DNA of 64,000 nt, taken from NCBI GenBank assembly GCA_009103225.1, contig RHPI01000777.1, positions 62,001 through 126,000 on the forward strand, read 5' to 3'. A program made the translations under genes and the position numbers. Numbering within the stretch: the stretch's first letter is position 1; each line of letters begins with the position of its first letter. Of the stretch, positions 41,108 to 52,649 are shown in pieces. The DNA is from Chlorokybus atmophyticus. Lineage: Eukaryota > Plantae > Mesostigma and Chlorokybus algae. The notes beneath the pieces are model-generated. The model was not told the DNA's origin. It searched no databases and saw only the letters and a list, made by a program, of their open reading frames with translations.

Positions 41108-44100
41108 CTCACTGGCAGTGCCCATGATGTTGTGAATGTGTGCAGGGTATGCGAGGTGCAATCAAAAGGATGTATAACGCAAACATCAGCACAATCACAA
41201 TCAGATTAATATGCCATGATGTACGCTAAGTTGGCATACATCTTCGGGGGGGCTATCACACGCTGCTAGTTCACACCTCACCGACTACAGTACCTAAGAC
41301 CTCCCCTTAATGCATGCATACCTGTGTACATGTTGTCAATCATGTGCCCACACGTGTCTGCGTCCTTTCTTCATTTGGGGACGGCGAGTACGAGTGAGCA
41401 CGTAAAGATTCATCAACTAGCATAATGAAAAGGTAACTCGTTGTTGCACACTACGACAGCAACAATTCCAACACACTTTGCTTGCATAGATGAAGAAGCT
41501 TGTGTATATTATATGCAACAATTGTGTGCAACGCAGCACACCGACAACAACAAGCAATGGCACAAAACAAAAGCTGTCCTTACCTTAGCACAATATAATG
41601 TATGCGTGTGTTGCTTTGTCAAAAGAAAAGAGTGTGGTCGGTTTCATGATGTTGAAAGTTGATAGTATGACTTCATATTGCGAGCTTTTATACCGGGCAT
41701 GACATGGCCAAGCTTGGTTACAAGTGTTCTTGACTTTTTGCAATATGTTTGCAATAATAAACTTGACAGCGGTGATACACCATGCTCACCAGCATCAGCT
41801 TATCATAAACATTATACATATCATGACACCTCTTAGCTCAGGTCAGCAGCTGCTCTCGTAATGTCCAACAAAAGCTCTTATCAAAACACTGACCTATCCG
41901 ATCAATAAGGTCGTGGAAATGCTGCACAACCTGTGCAGTTAAGTGCGCCTACAGCCGCGTGTACTTTAAGTCTTTAGCCACCTGCAGCATAGGCGAGATG
42001 ACGTTAGGAATGGTGTTTGTGTACATGTTGCTGCGCAACCAGTGAACCATCATGTCCTCACAGGTCCCCAAGATGCGGGAACATCGCTAGTTGGGAATAA
42101 CTCAGCAGCTCAAACGCAACAACGTCCGGGGTATGGGCTGGGATAGCGTCTGTAACCAGGTAGCGCAGAACAGTGTGGAACGCCGAGGACGGCTCCTGCT
42201 CCTGGATGGTGATGATGCCTTCATCGGCGTGCCTCAGCAGCGCAGCAAAATACTCGCTCCTTTGCACAACGATACAGCGCATTGTCTGCATCTGCATTAC
42301 ATAAATGTAAGACATTGCAAGACAAGAACGTAAATAAGGACATGCTCAAAATGTGTGCATGAAAATATGCCAGTTTGGCAAGGACGTCATGCATAGGATG
42401 ATGCGCAAGCTATAATATCATAGAGACATCGCATAGATATCTCTTATAAAAGATATCTAATTATGGCATAGCCATGGATGATAAAATTGGCCACGCTTGA
42501 ATTTGCTTCTGCAATTACTGGCATGCTGAGCATGTCTTGGGCAAAAGTGGATTGCGGGCGCAGGCATGATGGTGGCAAGGTAATGCAGTGTCCGTCCGTG
42601 GCGTAAATAACACCGCGTCATGCGCCCAAAGCAAGCTGGCGCAGATTCATGAACCTTGCTGCCAAACATGCGCAGCTGTAAGTGGATTACCTCTCACACG
42701 AACACACGCGTGCACACAAACACGCACACACACTGGAACGCTCGCAAAAGTGCATGCGTATGTGCGTATGCACGCAGTGCAACAACAACTCGTGTGTGCT
42801 CATGCGCACATAATAACTACACTGTAGGCTGCACCGTTCCACAGGTGGTTGAGTACTCAATGCTGCAACATATGAGCTAGTACACACAGCACATCGCATC
42901 CAGTAGCATTGCTGTCATATTGAAGATGCCCAAGAAGCCGACCTGTATGGTTACCTGCTAAACCCACGCCATCAACATGCTCTGGTTCCTCATTGTTAAT
43001 GTCGTTGTCAGCGCCATCCTCGATGCGTTTGTTCCGAGCGCTCGCAACCCGCACAACTTTGTTGCCGTTGGGTGAGCCATGGTAGATGGTGCTGTCACTT
43101 AATGCATAAGCCATGGTGGACAATCACATGACTGACACAAGACTAACACACAATTGTAGTGAACAGCTGGCTGGCATATACAAAGTGACAAACTGTGTGC
43201 GATGAGAAGGGAGCGGTCCGGTAGCACAACAATGGTCTGTGGGAGATAACAATGCTTCGCGTCGTCATACGTGTAATACCTAGACAACGCGTGTTTCGAG
43301 TGCTGCATGCACAAGCCTACCGACACACTCATCGGCGAGTACTTCCAGATTCTGTCGTAGTCAGTGTGCCTGTCATCGCCGCCCACGAGCGACGTTTCTA
43401 TGGGCGAGCACGCCAGAGTGTTGGGCATGTAATAGCTGCCACTTCACTTTGGTTCTTTTTGCATCTGCCTGTGGCGGCTTGTCAATGCTCACCATTTTAT
43501 GCGTGTCTAGATCCACCTGCCAAATGGCGCAGTCAATGTCGTCGCTCTCCTCGTGGTCAATGAGTCAATGGTTGTGCGCATTGCACATCATGATGATGTG
43601 GTTGTATTGCACAATCTCATGATTACCGTGATCATCATCACTGCCGATCCCATTAGGACCGTTCATCTTTCTGAACTGACCTTTCCAGTTAAGGGTGCTC
43701 ACATGGCTCGAAGGCATTATGCGCCTGACCTGCCAGTCCTCCTAATCGACATACACGCAACCGCGAGCATTTATCGCTAGCACACTCACTCAACATGATG
43801 CGCTTGTTAGCGGGGTCGCCGTCGCTGTGGCCTTAGTGCCCGCTCCCCGCGATGGTGGTGACGTTGCCCGTGTTCAAGCATAGCTTGCGCACGCAGTGGT
43901 TCTCTGTGTCTGCAATGTATAAACAATCTGCCTCCGGGCTCATGGCCAACCTTAATGGACTCTTGAAGTGCGCCTTTCGTGACAACCAGCTGTCTATAAA
44001 ATCCTCCTCTTCTCCCCCCGCTATCGTTTGTACCGTCTACGGCGCTCGTTTTATGTTGAGGTCCGCATCAAACTCATATTGCAAGAATAGTGATGATGTT

Positions 44101-44400
44101 AAAGGCAAGCCGTTGAAAAAGCTTTGCGGCTTAGTTAAAGAAGCAACCGAGCTCTGCACAAAGAAGCGCACTACTCAACTGACCTTTTTAAGTGAGGATG
44201 GCTTCGTTGTTGGGTTTTTAAGCTATCTCTTGTCTGTTGCTGAACTTCACAATGATGTTATTGATGCCATTCGCAATATGAGTTTGCTGCGGACCTCAAT
44301 CTGGCGCCATGCAATGGATGCGCTCGCTAGGTTTTTAGCGGTATGCGTGTGCCACGCCAGGTGTAAAGTGAGGCGTGAGTACATACGTGCATAATGTGTT
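40900..44400 (-). pseudogene. NHL-repeat + BTB/POZ protein pseudogene
   Basis: NHL-type repeats: AHFKSPLRLAMSPEADCLYIADTENHCVRKL...VTTIAGSG, AINARGCVYV, IVVLPDRSLLIA, FMNLRQLALGA*RGVIYATDGH. BTB: RSEYFAALL...AFHTVLRYLVTD. In-frame stops at 44037-39, 43833-35, 43742-44, 42618-20 and 41949-51, plus a frameshift near 43790. Boundaries are approximate. Confidence 0.8.
44058..44297. mobile_element. 240-bp TIR element (MITE-like) with GAG...CTC ends and no visible TSD
   Basis: 25-bp inverted repeats GAGGTCCGCA(t/g)CAAACTCATATTGC (1 mismatch) flanked by TT and AA. Removing the element joins the NHL frame WRQI|NIKRAP*TVQTIAG. Confidence 0.65.
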
Positions 44401-45695
44401 ATAACTGTTGTCAAGCCCTTATGTGCTTGACAACAGCCATATCGCGCAAGCATCAAAGCAGATCTAACTGACGTACGTGAAAGCATCATGTATGATACAG
44501 TGCACAACCAAGCTGGTAAAAATACTTGCTTGCTGCTGTTCAATTGGGTAGCACTGTGCGCATGCTACCAATAGCTGCGCTTGTATAAAGATTTTTGATA
44601 AGCGGATCACACATCGCAGGATGTTTGTTGCAAGGTTGCAGATTGCACAAAGGACTGCAATGACAACAAAAGCTTTTCCGCATACTCGCCTTATGCAGAC
44701 TGCTTTTGCAGAGTGTCCCGCAAGCATATACACTTGTGCAGCTGTATCACATGTCCTGCAGCAATGACCATCGCAATACTACTTACTTATAGTCACGCCG
44801 CCCAAGGCAACGTTACCCCGCTTGCGTGTGCAACATTTATGCGCTTGGGCGTGTATGTGGCTGTGTGCTCGCTTGCATGTTGATACGCACCCGTTTTATG
44901 TGCATATGTAATGCCAATGGTAGCAATGCAAAATTCAGCTTCAGTCTGCAGCTAGAGCTGCAGGGGGCCAAAGTACACACACAGCACATCAGCACTGTCG
45001 TGCACACGTCTTGTGACAGCACAAGCGCATGGATAGCATGCTGTTTGCCCTGCAGCAAACGCATAGACAGGCAGGCAAGCAGGCAGCTGCAATTGTGCCT
45101 GCTACTCACTTGCTGCCTTGCCAGCTGTGCCAGCAACCTTCAATAATACAGCGCACCTTCAGTCCGCAAGCCAGCACAGCAGCTCTCCTTCACCAACAAG
45201 CCTTACACTGAGCCCCAATGACTACGCAAGCACGAGCTGGAAGAAGAGGAGGAGCAGAGGCAGGAGGCGGCGGAGGATAAGCACAGCAAGCTTGTCCGCT
45301 TTGAAGTGTCAAGTTGGCGGGAAGCGCTGTTGGCGCCGACGGTCGGTGCAGATTGTTTAGCATCGACCGTCCGCTCTCGATGGCTACAGTTGACTGCATC
45401 ACAGAGCAGTGAGAGAGTGCCCACCGATAGTCGGCGCAGTCCAGGCATGCGCCACTGTCGGCGATCGGCGTTAATTGCAGCAGGATTACGCGGTCACTTG
45501 ACGGCAGTATGGCTTCCTCCATTCGTTGGTTTAACTGACCTCCTAACCGCGGTGCTGTCAGCATGGCAGCCCAGCGGCGGCGGCGGCGACGGACGACGAG
45601 GATAAGCCTGGCTTAGCCAGCAGGTCAGTTAGCTCCGTGGGTTGGTTGCGGAGCAGTGGAAAGAGCTGAAGGCGGCGTTGCGGGGGAGGCGTGCC

Positions 45696-48600
45696 ATGCC
45701 GGCGTTCCGCACTGCCTACAATGGCTATGGGGTAAACGACCAGTTGCCTGGGAATTGTTGTCAACGTTGCAGTCTTTTGTTGTTGTCGTGTTGTTGTGTG
45801 CATGTGTTCGGATTGAAGAATAACATTGCCGGCAACTTGCGCAAGCTACTTTGCCAGTTGTGGTATGTTGTACTGTCGTGTCACATCAGCAAACAATGCT
45901 ACAAGTAAACACCACAGCCTATCCCCATCAACGCATGTTTTCTTCATGCTTGCACGAAGCTTCACTCATGCTTTCTTCAGATGGACTCAATGCTCGGACT
46001 CAGTGCTTTAATTGTATGCAGTTTTTATGCCATGCTTATTATGGTTGGATGACAATGTTGGATGCTTGGACAGGTGGCGTTCAGCCCGTTTGAGGAGGGG
46101 AGGCTTGCGGTGGCGACGGCGCAGAACTTTGGGATCATCGGCAACGGCAGGCAGTACGTCCTGCAGGTAGGTGAGAAGGAGGCAGAAAGGAAAGTTGGGT
46201 GTGTGTCAGTCGACTTGCTGTGTGCACTGTAGTGTTGTGTGTATGGCTGCTGTTTGGTATGCCAGACCACCAACCACTCGTTGTAGTAGTTGGTTCATCT
46301 ATTATGTTTTTGCCAGTCTCAACCAATGTGACGCTTGGGCTTGCAAATGCGCTGTAGCAACTTCGCACTCCACTGCTATGCCAATGCCATTGTAAGCGAG
46401 AAGACTTGAATGCATGCTAGTGGGAACCAACTTAGCGCACATTGCATTTGCGATTATATCCTCTAAGCGAGTTGGCATCGCTATTCCATAGCACTTGCCT
46501 GCTGTCGGTAGACACAGGGCTCTAAGTGATCAACAAGGGTGATGGTGCATGTAATGTAGCACTGTGCATTGGTCGCCTCGCTATTCAGAGGCATCTAGGA
46601 GCTTATGGGTCTGGTCTGTGACGTGGCTGCCATAATTACACCCGTGGTGCTCATGCAACTGTGTGTGTATGTGTTGCAGCTTGCCCCAAACGGCCTTGTA
46701 GAGGTGGCTGCTTTTGACACTGCGGACGGCCTTTACGACTGCTGCTGGAGCGAGGTGGGATGTTTTGGTGCTTGTTGGGTTTCGTGCCATCAATTTGCTG
46801 CTCATGTCCACGAGCATTACACCATTACACACTACACACACGCGCAGACAAAAACAAAAACAGCTGACCTTGTGCAGGAAAACGAGAACCTGCTGGTTTC
46901 TGCAAGTGGGGATGGCAGCGTCAAGGTGCTTTCTGTTTTGTCTCACTTCAGGTTTTGTTCAACACTGCTCTGCTGGTGGACGCACATTTAGGTGCATATG
47001 TTGGGAGGCCCGGCATTGTGCTTTCATCACATACTGCATGGTTCATCGCATTGTTATGTAGGTATGGGACTTGGCAGCGCCTCCGTCCGCAAACCCGTTG
47101 AGAAGCTTTGAGGAGCACACGCATGAAGTGTAAGCGCGTCGTTGCCTTCAGGCTGTTAAGTGGTTAATTGTTGGCAATGCACAGCATATGCGCCTAGCGA
47201 CTTGGTTGTTGTACGTTTGGTACAGGTACTGCGTGGCTTGGAACACTGTTCGCAGAGACTGTTTCTTAAGTGCCTCTTGGGATGACACCCTTAAGGTACT
47301 CATTGACAATCTGCCTACATGCATCTTAGTGAGTGCGTGGTTGTGTGCACGTGCTTGTGTGCAGGCGCTGCTGCATGTCGCTATTTTGCTGCTACATTAT
47401 ATAACATTATACAGCTTTGGAGTCTGAGGAGTGCCCCCTCGCTAAGAACCTTTGCGGAGCACTCGTATTGCGTGTATTCCGCCTCATGGTAACATACCTT
47501 GGCGAATGCCGAAGCTGTGTTACATCTTGTACGTTCCCCTTTCATTATTTGCAACAGGAACCCTGTTGAGGCGGACGTGTTTGCGTCGGCCTCGGGCGAC
47601 ACAACTGTGCGAATATGGGACGTCAGAGGTAACGCCCATGTTGCACGTGCTTGTGCACCAACATTCATGCCAAAGTTGTGCACGCCGACAGCATGCCTGC
47701 ATGTTATCTGGAATCTGCGGATTCACTGCGCATGTGCTCCTGTTGAGTGTGATGTCAGTTATGTGTTTCCTGACGGTGACAGCTCCTGTGTTGGTGCATG
47801 TGCATCGAGTGTTCGAACACTGATTGTGCATGTGTGTTTCACAGTGCCGCATGCGACGCTGACCATCCCGGCCCATCAGTACGAGGTTCTCTCATGTGAC
47901 TGGAGCAAGTACAACGACTGCATACTTGCGACGGGGTCAGTTGATAAGACCATCAAAGTCTGGGTGAGTGCACCGCCGAACAAAAGTCGCCTGTAGGTAG
48001 TGTTTGTGTCAATACTCTGTGGCTACTTCGCTTACTTGGTCGCTTGCTTTGCCTGTCAAAGCTCAGTCGAGTGCTTGACGCAGGACGTGCGCATGCCTGA
48101 ACGGGAGATGACCACTCTGCATGGCCACACGTACGAGAGCTCATGCAACTCATACGGCCAACCAACATGACAATCAACAAGTGTGTGCGCGCGAAAGATG
48201 ACAACCAAGTTGTAATTCTCTTCTCTTCGTGCAGATATGCGGTGCGAAGAGTCAAGTGCTCTCCTCACAGAGAAACTGTCATCGCATCATGTTCATAGTA
48301 AGTGCAGATTATTCGCATACACGCATGCACACGCACACGCACGCGTACATGCACCCACACGTGCAAACATGCCCATGTGCACACGGTAACACATACAGCT
48401 CTCCTTGTTGGTAATCTTACCGACTATGGCTGCTTCAGCGACATGACCATGTGCGTTTGGGACTATGCTCAGCCAGAAGACGCGCTTATTGCCAGATACG
48501 ACCACCACACGGTACGTAGTAGATGCTGTCAATTTTGTTACGCATTTTCCATACCTTGTTGACTTTTATTACCAAATGACCTGACTTGCTGCCCTGCAGG

Positions 48601-48713
48601 AGTTTGCAGTGGGTATGGACATGAGCGTCCTCGTTGATGGCATGCTCGCAAGCACAGGCTGGGACGAGATGACGTATGTGTGGCAACAGGGTGCCGACCC
48701 ACGAGCTGCTTGA
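45696..48713 (+). CDS. PEX7: Peroxin 7, PTS2 receptor (WD40)
   Basis: MPAFRTAYNGYG|VAFSPFEEGRLAVATAQNFGIIGNGRQYVLQ; DTADGLYDCCWSE; ENENLLVSASGDGSVK; FEEHTHE; LSASWDDTLK; FASASGDTTVRIWDVR; IPAHQYEVLSCDWSKYNDCILATGSVDKTIK; YDHHT|EFAVGMDMSVLVDGMLASTGWDE; TGA 48711-48713. Confidence 0.96.
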
Positions 48714-49285
48714 TCTAAGTTGAGTTCTCTTCTTAGAAAGGGCAATTCTCAATGTTCAGTATGTTGTAACTGCTGTAGCGTAGCATATAGCGATTAAGTG
48801 TACATTGTGTAAAGTGTCTTGTCCAGTTTATCTCAAATGAAGCACTGCTGATTGCTTGCCATATCGACATGTCTTATTGAGCATGTGCCTGTCAGGCACT
48901 GCCCGACGCTGTTGCCTTGTATGTAGCAAGTATTATCTACACAAATCACGAGTTTACCCATCACAACACAATCTCTCAAGTGGTGACATTTGCTACTAGC
49001 ATTTCACACTGCTCAAAGTTTCGCCAACCGACTCTGTTGGCATATCTACAATACTCCAGGCCCCAATTGCCCGGCCAATAGCATAAATATTACTACAACC
49101 GCAACTCGCTAAGGGGTGCATCTCTATCTGTGATAGGCTGCCTCCACCTCCAGTTGCAAAAATAGTCATCTACACTGATCAATGGTACTAGACTGCCGCC
49201 AGAGTGCACTCGGATATTGATAATGTAATCAAAACACACATCCAAAAAGAGCTGTCCTCGGGTAGCGTGAAACCCAACATGGCCC

Positions 49286-51499
49286 TCATTGCATGGCTCC
49301 TCTTCGCACCCAACGCAGAGCCCTGAGGACATTGATCTGTCCCCCACTCTTGACGCATCCGGCGAGTGTGGGTGTCACGTCCACCGTGCGCAGGAGGATG
49401 GACTTGACGCCCTTGGGGGTGAGTGATTGTGGTTGCGTTGCGGTAATGTTGTTGTTGTTGTTAATGATGAGTTGTCGTGCCCTGGCGGCAGCAACAGCCT
49501 CCTGCCTACATATCTGAAGAGCGAACATCAACGCCGCCGCGCCCGACACTTGAGGCACCGCCATTGAAGTCCCGCTGTTCAACTGTACACACAAAAGGAG
49601 AGCGATTGTCAGTATGTGTGTGGTGTGAGAGTAGAAGGTTGTGTCGGGTGTTGTGTGCGTGTGACACTTACAGCTGTTGTCCCGCCAGGCCACAGGCTGA
49701 GAATCATCTCACCAGGCGCAAACACATCAACCGTCCGCAGCCCTGAGTGTAAGCGACTAGTAAGTACGCCTGCTGCACTCCGACACAACACTAACACCAA
49801 CACAACCACCAACAACATCTGGTCCCCACCGCAGTTCGTGTACGCCGATTTGCTATACTGCATCCCGTTGCTCGCCACGCTTATCACGTTCGTCAGGTCG
49901 TTGTACCCGGACGGGTAGTGTCCCGGCGCCGCGTCGTTGTCGGACGCGCCGTTGCCGGCAGAACACACCGCCAACGCGCCTGAGGCGCCCGCGGCAGCGA
50001 GGGCGGCGCGGAGGGAAAAGGAGGGGACGGTAGTGCCCCAGGAGTTGGAAATGACCTGTGTGGGTGGGTGGGTGGGTGAGTGTGNNNNNNNNNNNNNNNN
50101 NNNNNNNNNNNNNNNNNNNNNNNNNNNNNNNNNNNNNNNNNNNNNNNNNNNNNNNNNNNNNNNNNNNNNNNNNNNNNNNNNNNNNNNNNNNGGGGGGGAG
50201 GGGGGGGTTCAACTACTGATGATGGAGTTGTCCCTTTGTACCCACCTTGGCGCCCATGGCAGTGGCGTAGCCGATGGCCCGGACGGCGTCGAACACGTAT
50301 CCGTCACCCTTGGCGTCCATGAACTTGAGACACATGGCGCGCGCCGACCATGCCACGCCGGTGGTGTACACTCCATTGTTGCCCACCGCAGCTGTTGATG
50401 CAGTCACTTAGCCATAATCAGCATGCATGCGTACGCATCTGTCTCACGCTCTGTCTCACGCACACACACATGTGCACACGCACACACACTCTCTCGTCCA
50501 CTTACCAGCGATGCCGGCAACGTGGGTGCCGTGGCCATGGTCGTCCATCACCTCTCCCGACTCCGTCACAAAGTTGTACCCATACACGTCGTCCACGAAG
50601 CCGTTGTTGTCGTCGTCCACGCCGTTGCCGGGGATCTCACCCGGGTTGCGCCACATGTTGGCGGCCAAGTCTGGATGGCTGTAGTCACACCCGGTGTCTG
50701 CAAATGTGATGCAAAGCGTGTTAGAGTTGAAGTGAGTAGATGTGTGGTGGGCGTGACACAGCATGAATACATACCCACGAAAGCGATGACGGCTTTGCTT
50801 GCATTCGTCATGATGCTCCAAGCCCTTGGCAACTGCACAATCAAACAACATTGTTTCAGCTGATGACGCTGCAAACACGTCCACATGTACAAACGAATAG
50901 AGATACACAACCACACGTACACAGTCACGAACGCGCACGGTCACACACTCACTCACTGGCACGTATGCACGCACGCACACACATGCACACACCTTGCATG
51001 CATTCTCTCACATACGCGCATGCACACACACTCTACCTGCATCGCTGTGAGTGCCCACTGCTGCGCCGCCATCGGGTCCCGCGAGTACACTCTGGCTTCA
51101 GCAGCATTCAAGGAGGCGTTCGTCGGCACTGATGATGGTGCGGGTGCTGGTGTTGATGTTGGGGATGTGTCTACTCGCACGCGGCAATGTGGCTCGCAGA
51201 AGCGCACGCCCTTAGCCTGGTAACGTAAGTGTATGTGTACGGTTGGAAGTGAAAATGATCGGTCTAACACGCTCACTTCGACGTGTTGGTTAGCTTCCTA
51301 CTTAGGACGAGGGGCAATGATCAATGAACAACTCATCATGCTTCTTGCAAACTGTCGCACCTGTTGCATTGTGGCGCGTGCTGAGGTGGCGAGCAGACCC
51401 ACTGAAGCAGACAGCAGGCGGGGAGTGGCGAGCTTGAAGCGCGCGACGCCACTCACGCCACACCTGGCGCATGAGGGACGTCTCAGTGTGTGTATGTGC

Positions 51500-51562
<63 letters not shown>

Positions 51563-51848
51563 TTTCAACAAGCAAGTGTTGAGCTTCTGTCAGCCTTCGT
51601 GCGAGTCCACCCACCCACCCACATACACTCGCTCACCTTGCCATGACACGCAGTCCGGCCACACTGACATGTGCGTCCTTGTAATCACTCCCCAGCTGGC
51701 ACAGGAACTCGTCCGGTAAGCAGTCGTCTTGCAGTCGCCAGCGTCCCGTGCCTCCATCACCGCCCACATTCCCTACCAGAGCCGCCGCCGCAGCATTGGC
51801 CAGCAACGACACCACCACCAGCAGGCACAGCTGCTTGGCAGCCGCCAT
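49286..51848 (-). CDS. Secreted subtilisin-like serine protease (peptidase S8)
   Basis: Signal peptide MAAAKQLCLLVVVSLLANAAAA. Catalytic Asp in VIAFV|DTG, His in DDHGHGTHVAG and Ser in SGTSMAVPQVSG. Also EIPGNGVDDDNNGFVDDVYGYNF, ISNSWG, SAGN and VDVFAPG. An N-gap lies inside one intron. Confidence 0.93.
50085..50191. other. Assembly gap (N run)
   Basis: Directly visible. Confidence 1.
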
Positions 51849-52248
51849 GACTAGGCTGAGTCGCTCGCTGGCCTGGTCTGGTCTGGACTGGCCTGTTGTG
51901 GTGTGATAAGTAGTTGGCGCTGTCACCCAGAGTAGTTGGGTGGGCTTGCGTTGGCCTGGCTGCTTTTGGCCTGGTCTTGGTTCAGGCTGCTGCGGCGGCC
52001 CAAGTATAGAGCCCGCACAGCCGAGCTGAGAGCATACACAGAGGAGCAGTATCCACTTTCAGGTTCTGGTCACGAGCCTGCTGCCTCGGAAGGGAAGCAG
52101 GGTAATACATAAAGGGAAGATACACATATCAGATATCCAGTCGTCAAGATTCCTCAACGGAAGCTGTGCGTTGCGGAACTTCCCGGTAGGGACACGTGGC
52201 GCGCACACCATGTGACGATTCTGGCGTGTTGTGCCACCGTACCCTACG

Positions 52249-52260
52249 TTTGGCGCCAAA
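52249..52260. promoter_or_regulatory. Palindromic E2F-type site TTTGGCGCCAAA in the divergent subtilase/MSH6 promoter region
   Basis: Matches the E2F consensus TTTSSCGC on both strands, about 390 bp upstream of the MSH6 ATG. Confidence 0.55.
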
Positions 52261-52649
52261 AGCGGACAATTGTACAACAGTACGGTTAATTACGGTAGCC
52301 TTCGAAATCGACGACACTGGCTTTATCGCGCCCTGCCAACACAAGACGCACAGGCCGCACAAGGCGCACAAGATAGAGAAGCCTTTTTCTCCCGCGCTAA
52401 AGCAAAATCTTCAATTTGAGATTAAATTTAGGGCTGGCTGAAAATTGCATGTGTTTGTGGGCGGGGAGGAGGTGGGTGTCATCGGCGGCGGCGACTGCGC
52501 TGCGGAGGTTGGCTTTGTCTCTTTGCCTGGGAGCATAGAGAGGAGGCGTTGCAGAAACAGAAAGTGGACGAAAATGGGTGCTGTCAGGTAGGATCGCCTG
52601 CCAGGCCAAGGACTTGCTTGGTTGGTGTAGCATACATACTGCCGTAGAG

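Noticed and set aside
43852-44394. 180-aa + strand ORF as a gene
   Set aside because: It is the antisense shadow of the NHL pseudogene and runs through the TIR insertion.
49093-49347. Retroviral integrase zinc-finger fragment (GHVGFHAT)
   Set aside because: Only a short resemblance, with no CxxC, DDE core or other pol sequence nearby.
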